A DNA stretch of 64,000 bases, taken from NCBI GenBank assembly GCA_964494885.1, contig CAZBTH010000004.1, forward strand, positions 6,459 through 70,458. The letters are read 5' to 3'. The DNA comes from an uncultured Gammaproteobacteria bacterium. Its GTDB lineage: Bacteria > Patescibacteriota > Microgenomatia > UBA8517. The notes beneath the pieces are model-generated. The model did no database searches. It was not told where the DNA came from and was given only the letters and a program-made list of their open reading frames with translations. A program made the position numbers and the translations under genes. This document shows, in pieces, positions 57,030 to 64,000 of the stretch (its first letter is position 1; each line of letters opens with the position of its first letter).

Positions 57030-59657
57030 TTATTTTAAGAAGATTTTTTGGTAAAAATCCTTGGTTAGAACCATATTATACTTGAAATTCTCCGGTTTGG
57101 TCAAGCCGAAACCCAAATTGATATTCCAAGGGTCATCTGTTACACCAGCTTGTTTCCTGATATAAATACCATAACTGGAGGGGTGTTTGTTCTCCGGAAT
57201 ATCAGACACCCAACTAAATTTTACGTCTAGGTTTTGTTGAGGCAAAACGGTGAGCCATAAACCAACCTCTTTTCTATTCTTAACTATTGTTATCTCGGGG
57301 CTAATTTGCTCTTCGTTATCTCCGACGCCCTTACTTATCACCACTTCACCTATATCTGTCGGTAAAACAACCCTCAAATAGACTCCATATCGTCCGGAGG
57401 GCCCTAGTGCGGGACTTGCGCTATTGTTATAATTTATGTTGAGTGTCCTTATAACGTTTTTTGCATTCAGGTTCATAGACAAATCAACTTTCCTTGAAAC
57501 AAAGTAATTAGCTTTATTAAAACCCAAATTTGCCTCCACAAGACCCACTGAATCTTGATAACAGCCCTCTCCGCAAGACAGATCCCCCATCGCCCCTCCC
57601 CATCCCAACATTAAAATAGGATCCTCTAATTTACTGCTCTGAAAGTATACCTGTATGTGTCTTTCGTCGAGATTTTTAACAAATGACTTCATTAATACTC
57701 CCTTATTTTTGGTCTCAGTTTTGCCTATCTCAAAAAGCAATTGTCTGGACAAAGCCGTCAAAAAACTGGCCTTTTTGTGAGTACCTGGAAAAAAGTTGTC
57801 TTGCACTTCACCCTGCGTTACCTCATACAGATTTTTATCCGAAATTCCCAAATTATAATCAGGCAGAAATATTGGACCAGTAAAACTGAGGATATCCTTG
57901 ACAACATTGAGGTCTAATGCCAACACACCATCCACCCGCTGATCCGTTTCTTTGTTCAAAAACCATTCAGCTCTCTGTGCCGATGTCGGAAAATCGGGAT
58001 CCCAATTAGAATCCCGCAACCACCAGTTTGCCTGTCCCAAATATTCTTTCAAGGGCAATGGTGGTTCAACATGCCCTTTAAGTTGTCCGTCAGCAGAATA
58101 GACATCATTAACATTTAGTTCACTAAGCCTACCACTGTCAACAGAAAGCACCCCATATGACCCAATGAACCCCCCCGTCGGCCTTAACTCCATGTTGTTT
58201 TGAAACAGAACAAGGTATTTTTTCTTTTGGCCTGTTCCTAATATATCCGGCAGGTTCTCAGCCAACACACCACCCTGAACAAGCATGTTTTTATATTTCT
58301 CAAAATTTACTTTTTCAAAAAGACGTTTCGGTAAAAAAAGTCCCAATTTGATACCTTCTTGTGTCTCCGACTGCATGAGGGACAAATCTCTGTACAAAAA
58401 GTCCACATTTGCCTTTATATTCTTCCCACTTTCGGCAGAATCGTATGGTTTGTCGCCCAAAATATTATCAAATAATGTTATTCCTTCATTTACAACATTG
58501 CTTGCGGACAAAACCATTTCAGATGCTGTTGCTCCGACAGTCGAAGCAAAAACAGATTCCTTGTAGATTCTTCCAATTACAGGAATATTTGCAAACACCA
58601 TACTTGTGTTTCTTCCGATTGCGAAAAGAGTTTTCGCCACCAAGACAGAATTGGTTCTCCCCTCCTTTTGACCAATAAAATGTTGCTTGTAAAACAGGTA
58701 AAACATCCCCCATCCGGCAATGTTTATCAACATAGGAAAGACTAATATTATTAGGGCAAGAAACGAACACCTTATTATTGCCCTTAATTTTTTGTTAACT
58801 TTTTTTGGCACCTTCAACTTTGGAATCGAACCGTGTTTAACAACAACCTCTTTTTTATCAGTAGACTTCTTATCTTTATAGGCAAACCATTTAAATGTTT
58901 CTGTCAAACAATAATTCAGGTCCGTTTCAACTCTCACTATCTCTAAACCCTTTGGGATTGCCCTTATTGGAATGTCGTTAACGTACTTTAGTTTTACTTC
59001 ATCCACAATGTCCTTGTTTGCCTTCCAGTAGTATGTTGCCGAGACTTGCGGGCCTAACAGAAAGACTTGTTTACCGTAAGGGCCAAACGAAAACATCCAT
59101 TTTGAAATAATTTTAGACGCATCCGAAACAAACACCGGGTAAAAAGTTTCACTCACCCCCAACGACAAACTTCTCTTGGTTAAAACTTCAAACATCAAAC
59201 TTGAAGTAATAAGGTCGCTATCTAAATCAATTCTCGGGCCAAGTAAATCTCCTACATAAATTATCGAAGTATTCTCGTTGGGTAGGGGTTTAACCTCTGT
59301 ATCAAGATAATAGCTTTCAAAAGGAAAAACCGCTATCACTCGAGAACCCGCGACATTCACCTTGTTATTAAAAAGGTAAAGGTCCTCGTAAGTGTTTTGA
59401 AGAGACAAAAACCCAGAACAAAAAATCGTGTAGTCAGCGCCGTTAATTGGAATCTTTTTGAAAGGAAAAATTGAAAAATTTCCTTTATTTAGATGTCTTG
59501 TAATTTCTTCCCACTTTTTAGTATCTTTAGTAATTATGTTTACAAAGCAGTTTTTAGAAAGCAACTGTTCAAGAATATTTACGGCAAGAAAGTTGGGTTC
59601 TGAAAACAACGTTACTGTCTGATTTTTTCTAAGGGAAGTAGTCGTTGTGTTTTGCAT
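57030..59657 (-). CDS. DUF4012-family membrane protein with degenerate N-terminal SDR-like region
   Basis: YLVLFQNNMELRPTGGFIGS, LRDSNWDPDFP, EANLGFNKAN. Confidence 0.85.
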   Translation of the reverse strand: MQNTTTTSLRKNQTVTLFSEPNFLAVNILEQLLSKNCFVNIITKDTKKWEEITRHLNKGNFSIFPFKKIPINGADYTIFCSGFLSLQNTYEDLYLFNNKVNVAGSRVIAVFPFESYYLDTEVKPLPNENTSIIYVGDLLGPRIDLDSDLITSSLMFEVLTKRSLSLGVSETFYPVFVSDASKIISKWMFSFGPYGKQVFLLGPQVSATYYWKANKDIVDEVKLKYVNDIPIRAIPKGLEIVRVETDLNYCLTETFKWFAYKDKKSTDKKEVVVKHGSIPKLKVPKKVNKKLRAIIRCSFLALIILVFPMLINIAGWGMFYLFYKQHFIGQKEGRTNSVLVAKTLFAIGRNTSMVFANIPVIGRIYKESVFASTVGATASEMVLSASNVVNEGITLFDNILGDKPYDSAESGKNIKANVDFLYRDLSLMQSETQEGIKLGLFLPKRLFEKVNFEKYKNMLVQGGVLAENLPDILGTGQKKKYLVLFQNNMELRPTGGFIGSYGVLSVDSGRLSELNVNDVYSADGQLKGHVEPPLPLKEYLGQANWWLRDSNWDPDFPTSAQRAEWFLNKETDQRVDGVLALDLNVVKDILSFTGPIFLPDYNLGISDKNLYEVTQGEVQDNFFPGTHKKASFLTALSRQLLFEIGKTETKNKGVLMKSFVKNLDERHIQVYFQSSKLEDPILMLGWGGAMGDLSCGEGCYQDSVGLVEANLGFNKANYFVSRKVDLSMNLNAKNVIRTLNINYNNSASPALGPSGRYGVYLRVVLPTDIGEVVISKGVGDNEEQISPEITIVKNRKEVGLWLTVLPQQNLDVKFSWVSDIPENKHPSSYGIYIRKQAGVTDDPWNINLGFGLTKPENFKYNMVLTKDFYQKIFLK

Positions 59658-59807
59658 AAAGTTGCGAATTCATGTTGTCTACTGTATTACCGCATTTCTA
59701 AAAATTTATAAAATGGCAGAAAAATTATTTAAAATTTGTTTTTCCTGTGGTGGACCCGTAAGGTTTGCGGGAACGTGAAAGACCCCCCGAAATACACGCC
59801 GAACGGA

Positions 59808-60239
59808 TTAACCGGCCTTTTGTCCGTCAAGTTCTTTGTTAACCAACAAATCTGCTTCCTTGTTTTGGCTTCTTGGTATATTGAAAAGAGAAATCATTAA
59901 ATGATGGTTTTTGATAATATTCACTATTTCTAAATTAATTTTTTTAAGAGTTCCGTTTTTAACTTTGTATACACCTTTCAATTGCTTAACTATTAACTCG
60001 GAGTCCAAGTAAAATGAAACTGTATAAGTGTCTGGGTTAAAACCCTTCAACTCTAGCAACCATTCTAAAGCAAGCAATACTCCCCTATATTCGGCAACAT
60101 TATTTGTTGTGGTTCCTAAATACTGGGAACCTTTACTTAACGACTTCCCTCCACTCGTTGCAACAAAGGCACACGCCGCTGGTCCCGGGTTTCCCCTGGC
60201 CCCACCGTCTGTATGAATTGTGATTTCTGTTATCGTCAT
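59808..60239 (-). CDS. rnhA: Ribonuclease HI family
   Basis: TDGGARGNPG, TNNVAEY, DSEL, N.EAD. Confidence 0.92.
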   Translation of the reverse strand: MTITEITIHTDGGARGNPGPAACAFVATSGGKSLSKGSQYLGTTTNNVAEYRGVLLALEWLLELKGFNPDTYTVSFYLDSELIVKQLKGVYKVKNGTLKKINLEIVNIIKNHHLMISLFNIPRSQNKEADLLVNKELDGQKAG

Positions 60240-60250
60240 TAAATAGAATT

Positions 60251-61483
60251 TTACATTTTTAATCTCTTTAAAGAAAGTCCGACTAAAAATGATGTTAGGA
60301 GCAGATTTTGCTGAAGCGTTAACCAGTAATGATCAAACATTCCGGTAATTAAAATAAATAAGAAAATTAGGGCATATTTTGTCTTTAGTAATTTCATGAA
60401 TGAAAGAAAATATACAGTAACCCCAACAACTCCAATTTCTGAGAAAATTAAAAGTAAAGAATTATGAACCGGCTGAAGAATCCATGAGTATCTAGAGACA
60501 CCTTTGAATTTCGGAGTGTTAACGATGAATGTGTTTAATCCTGACCCTTGAAAAAACCGTGAGCTAATCATCTCTCCCGAAACAAATGCCAGGTCAATCC
60601 TTTCGGTATATCTTTTTCCGAGAAAATTAAACCATGTATAAAAATCGCGGGACATCAGTGGTAGTAATAAACTTAAAGTTAAGGAAAGTGTCCAAAAGAC
60701 TAGAACCATTTTTCTTTCTATTTTTTTTCGCGTAAAGATTTTTAAAAGTAGAACTACTGCAACTAAAGTGATTGTTGAGCTCAACGAAAATGTTAGCAAA
60801 AAACAAAACAAGCAAATAGCAATTGGCACCAATTTCTTTTTCCACATTACCTTTTCATAAATTGATAACAAGATAACCACCCCAAGAAAACCGGCTAATG
60901 AATTTGGATGAGAAAAAGTAGAATACGCCCTCATGAACTCCCTGCCGAAAATTTTAACTAATGCAATTCCCGGAGTTGCCAAACTAAACGATCGTTCTCC
61001 CAAAAAATAAAAAAGTCCCGTTGTTTTACCTAAAAAAAATTGGGTTATCCCAATTAAAGAAAATAGTGCGGCCGAAACTAACAGGCTATTATAAAAATTC
61101 CTCTCTTCAACAAAATGCTTACGGAAATAAAAATAGACTGCCAACAAAATCAGTTCAATTATCTTTATCCATTTCCAAAAGGATACCCAGACGCTTGTTG
61201 AAAAAAACAGGTTAACAAAAACAAACAAAAAGAATATAAGAATAGTTTGCCTGGAATTTTTAAAAAAGTTAAAAAGAGTTTTCTTATCATTTACAAACCA
61301 AAGAATTAATAAACAAAAAATCAAAAAATCAGTTAAGTAAATAGAAGGAGAAAGGTAATCGACCCTTATTCCATAAACAAAAGAATACGACGGCCAAAAA
61401 TGTAAAGCCAGTTGTGTAGGTATAAGAAAAACAAGCAAACACGCAATAACTTTCTCAGTCCTTTGAAAAACTTTCGTTAACAT
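60251..61483 (-). CDS. O-antigen ligase/Wzy-like membrane protein
   Basis: RAYSTFSHPN, G.GLNTF, PVHN...E.G, DHY. Confidence 0.88.
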   Translation of the reverse strand: MLTKVFQRTEKVIACLLVFLIPTQLALHFWPSYSFVYGIRVDYLSPSIYLTDFLIFCLLILWFVNDKKTLFNFFKNSRQTILIFFLFVFVNLFFSTSVWVSFWKWIKIIELILLAVYFYFRKHFVEERNFYNSLLVSAALFSLIGITQFFLGKTTGLFYFLGERSFSLATPGIALVKIFGREFMRAYSTFSHPNSLAGFLGVVILLSIYEKVMWKKKLVPIAICLFCFLLTFSLSSTITLVAVVLLLKIFTRKKIERKMVLVFWTLSLTLSLLLPLMSRDFYTWFNFLGKRYTERIDLAFVSGEMISSRFFQGSGLNTFIVNTPKFKGVSRYSWILQPVHNSLLLIFSEIGVVGVTVYFLSFMKLLKTKYALIFLFILITGMFDHYWLTLQQNLLLTSFLVGLSLKRLKM

Positions 61484-61514
61484 CAAGGAGATTATATGGC
61501 ACATTTTATGCATT

Positions 61515-61586
61515 GTCATTCCGGACTTGATCCGGAATCTATATCAATAATTTGTTTAAATAGATTCCCGCTTTCGCGGGAACGAC
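61515..61586. repeat. Inverted REP-like doublet
   Basis: GTCATTCCGGACTTGATCCGGAATCTAT ... ATAGATTCCCGCTTTCGCGGGAACGAC. Confidence 0.8.
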
Positions 61587-61602
61587 GTTTTGAAGATATA
61601 AG

Positions 61603-62061
61603 TTACTTTGCCTTAACCACCAAATATCTTTCTTCCCCTTCCCCCATCGATTCACTCATAACATCAGATTTTTCGGCCAGGTGCATATGAACGATTCTTC
61701 TTTGCCAGGATTTAAGATTATAGAGACTTTGAGGTTCACCTGTTTCCTTTGCCCTCTGGGCGGTGGATTCAGCCAAGCTCCTCAAATAATCCTCTTCTTT
61801 CTCTCTGTAATCACCAACGTTTACAACTACGCGGTTCCACTCACCTGTGGCTTGTTTTAACATCATACCAAGAATCGTTTGAATACTATCCAAGGTCTCC
61901 CCTTTTTTACCAATCAGAAGCCCTGTCTCATCCCCAGCATCAATATTGACCACGTAGGCTTCGTTTTCTTTATCAAAAGAAACCTCTGCCGTTGCTTTTG
62001 TAGCCATAAGAGGCATTAGCTCGTTAACTATTTTTTCCAGAGATTCGGTTGCCTTTTTCAT
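61603..62061 (-). CDS. jag: Jag/KhpB RNA-binding protein (KH and R3H)
   Basis: LIGKKGETL, DYR, RRIVH, S.GEG..R. Confidence 0.93.
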   Translation of the reverse strand: MKKATESLEKIVNELMPLMATKATAEVSFDKENEAYVVNIDAGDETGLLIGKKGETLDSIQTILGMMLKQATGEWNRVVVNVGDYREKEEDYLRSLAESTAQRAKETGEPQSLYNLKSWQRRIVHMHLAEKSDVMSESMGEGEERYLVVKAK

Positions 62062-62083
62062 ACTAAAGAGGATTCTAGCAAAT

Positions 62084-62899
62084 TTAGGCCTGTTTGAGAA
62101 GATGCAGCTTTTTTACCCAGGGTGTGAGGCTTCCCCACCCGCTCATTCCCACCTGCTGCCAAACATTAACGAGAGAAAAAATCAACCAATAGAGGGCAAG
62201 ACCTGACGGAAACTTAAGACCAAAGAACAAAGTCATTAAAGGAAGTGTATACGTCATAGACTGGGTCATGGCTACTTGCATATCGTCTTTATCCGATTTG
62301 GTTTTTTTAGCCATTTTTTCTTCGGCCGAAAGGTAAGGGGCGGTTATTTTTACTGATAAAAACTGTGCAATGGTAGCCAACAACAAAAACGCGCCGGGAA
62401 GAGCAAACGGGATTCCGGGAACATTAAACGAATCGGGTTTGTTCATATTAAGATAGAGAAACTTTGTATTTAACGTTTCATTTTGAGAAAACTTCAAAGC
62501 AGGATAGAGAAGTTCGTTGAGTTTTGCTGTCGTTGCGGCATCTGTCGATAGTGTTTGTGTAAAAACATTGAATAGAGCAATTAGAATAATAAATTGCAGG
62601 ATATAAGGAAGGCATCCTGCACCGGGGTTTACCTTATTCTCTTTATAAAGGTTTGCTTGGGCTTGAGAAAGTTTAAGTTTGTCGCCTGCAAACTTCTTTT
62701 TAATTTTTGCCATCTGAGGTTCAAGAGCTTTTATTTTCTTCATTGATTCAAGATAGGGTTTAGTTAGAGGTCTAAGGAGAAAAATCAAACAAACACTGAA
62801 AACAAGAATTGCTACACCAAGATTTCCCCCAAGAATTTTATAGAACAAAATAAGCCCATTTGTTAAAGGCTGAACAAGTAGTAGTGTAAAAATATTCAT
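62084..62899 (-). CDS. yidC: Membrane insertase YidC
   Basis: LYKENKVNP.AGCLP, PSGLALYW. Confidence 0.95.
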   Translation of the reverse strand: MNIFTLLLVQPLTNGLILFYKILGGNLGVAILVFSVCLIFLLRPLTKPYLESMKKIKALEPQMAKIKKKFAGDKLKLSQAQANLYKENKVNPGAGCLPYILQFIILIALFNVFTQTLSTDAATTAKLNELLYPALKFSQNETLNTKFLYLNMNKPDSFNVPGIPFALPGAFLLLATIAQFLSVKITAPYLSAEEKMAKKTKSDKDDMQVAMTQSMTYTLPLMTLFFGLKFPSGLALYWLIFSLVNVWQQVGMSGWGSLTPWVKKLHLLKQA

Positions 62900-62905
62900 T
62901 ATATT

Positions 62906-63005
62906 TCAGATAGTCAGACAACTCGGAACACTGAGGGATTCAGAGATCCAGAAAGTCTGATGTTCCGACTTTCCGAGTTTCCTGGGTATTCTGATTCTCT
63001 GACAC
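62906..63005. repeat. Self-complementary 8-9 nt TCRGA/TCYGA array overlapping the yidD 3' end
   Basis: tcagatag tcagacaac tcggaacac ... tctgatgt tccgactt tccgagtt ... tctgattc tctgacac. Confidence 0.8.
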
Positions 63006-63221
63006 AACCGGATCAAAACCAGATCCTCCCCAAGGGTGACATTTTAGTAATCTTTTAAACCCTAACGCTAATCCTCTCTTGGATCCGAACCTCTCCAAGG
63101 CTTCTATTGTATACTCTGAACAGGTCGGAGTAAACCTGCAGCCCTTACCCAACAACTGCTCAAGGGTTGGAGATATCGCTTTTTTATAAAATTTCAAGAT
63201 TGCAACTAAAAATGTCTTCAT
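62940..63221 (-). CDS. yidD: Membrane protein insertion efficiency factor YidD
   Basis: [19 protein letters not shown]. Confidence 0.95.
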   Translation of the reverse strand: MKTFLVAILKFYKKAISPTLEQLLGKGCRFTPTCSEYTIEALERFGSKRGLALGFKRLLKCHPWGGSGFDPVVSENQNTQETRKVGTSDFLDL

Positions 63222-63562
63222 CTGGATATCCCCGCTTGCTTAAGAGAGCTTTTCACTTCTTTCATAAGATCAGAAGCCGGGGTTCTGGTAATTGACGATT
63301 TTGCCAAAAAAACCACGTCAAAACCGCTCTTTAAATCAATCGTTGAAGTTCTAACCGCCTCACTCATAGTACGTTTAAACCTGTTTCTGTCTACCGCGTC
63401 CTTAGATATTTTTGTTGAAACTATGAAAGCAAACCTGCTTGGCACCGCATCTTTCCTGTCTAAATAGGCAATTCCAAAACTCGCCGACTGGAAGATGAGT
63501 CCTTCATCCTGAACCTTTTTAAAGTTTTTTGATCCGGTAAGTCTAAATTTTTGAGAAAGCAT
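63218..63562 (-). CDS. rnpA: RNase P protein
   Basis: VSTKI...AVDRNRFKR. Confidence 0.93.
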   Translation of the reverse strand: MLSQKFRLTGSKNFKKVQDEGLIFQSASFGIAYLDRKDAVPSRFAFIVSTKISKDAVDRNRFKRTMSEAVRTSTIDLKSGFDVVFLAKSSITRTPASDLMKEVKSSLKQAGISR

Positions 63563-63580
63563 ATTGGAAAAACTGAAGGA

Positions 63581-63721
63581 CTAGACAGTTAGGCGTTTCC
63601 TACCCTTCTCGCGCCTTGCTTTCAAAACCCTTCTTCCGTTTTTAGTTTTCATCCTCTCTCTGAAACCATGAACTCTGACTCTTTTGGTTTTACTGGGCTG
63701 GTATGTACGTTTGGTAGACAT
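63581..63721 (-). CDS. rpmH: 50S ribosomal protein L34
   Basis: KRTYQPS...HGFRERM...KGRKRL. Confidence 0.97.
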   Translation of the reverse strand: MSTKRTYQPSKTKRVRVHGFRERMKTKNGRRVLKARREKGRKRLTV

Positions 63722-63781
63722 ATAAACATTATAACAGTTATAAAAATAATAACAATTATAACTTTTTGGGGCTTGACGAAT

Positions 63782-63790
63782 TGTGGATAA
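63782..63790 (-). promoter_or_regulatory. DnaA box in the rpmH-dnaA intergenic region (probable oriC part)
   Basis: TGTGGATAA is the reverse complement of TTATCCACA; follows TTGACG. Confidence 0.8.
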
Positions 63791-63899
63791 CTTTGTAAAT
63801 AGTACATGTAACAAACAACATAGAACAAAGTTTGAAATCTTCCAGAGCTGCCTCAGTTTGTCCTATGCACTATGCCCTATGTTCTCTGTTCTTAATTAT

Positions 63900-64000
63900 A
63901 TGGATTCAGATTTAAAATCAACATGGAAAGAAGTTTTAGACATTATAAAAGTGTCTGTGTCTCCGGCCACATTTTCTACCTGGTTTACCCAAACTCATCT
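63900..64000 (+). CDS. dnaA: DnaA, 5' fragment (not in the ORF track)
   Basis: MDSDLKSTWKEVLDIIKVSVSPATFSTWFTQTH; divergent from rpmH. Confidence 0.88.
   Translation, partial: MDSDLKSTWKEVLDIIKVSVSPATFSTWFTQTH

Noticed and set aside
59745-59807. Possible tRNA/tmRNA 3' fragment or att site (reverse reads ...cgggtccacca)
   Set aside because: No T-arm consensus or cloverleaf; cannot be supported without a covariance-model search

Overview
64 kb of chromosome from a small-genome bacterium, ending at the rpmH-dnaA origin region. Gene content and order point to Patescibacteria/CPR, probably Microgenomates (inference). Housekeeping genes: murJ, rpsT, two UvrD-family helicases (one with an intein), rmuC, metG, tRNA-Cys, groES-groEL with CIRCE, a tsaC-tsaE fusion, tsaD, valS, rplY, rnhA, jag-yidC-yidD-rnpA-rpmH and the dnaA 5' end. 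There are many envelope and glycosylation genes, PilN/PilO-like and LPxTG-like surface proteins, and scattered orphan genes. The most unusual signal is small-scale DNA structure: (1) about 18 short degenerate 7-8 nt tandem arrays, mostly of different units and mostly in frame inside conserved proteins; (2) several REP-like hairpin families, also translated in frame; (3) five 28-bp (11-6-11) palindromes at gene 3' ends; (4) a small GIY-YIG gene bounded by 14-bp inverted repeats and a duplicated ATGAA; (5) three self-complementary 8-9 nt arrays; (6) two orphan copies of gene 3' ends that differ mainly at synonymous sites. No CRISPR, rRNA, integrase or transposase was seen. All coordinates and identities were counted by hand and no database searches were run.
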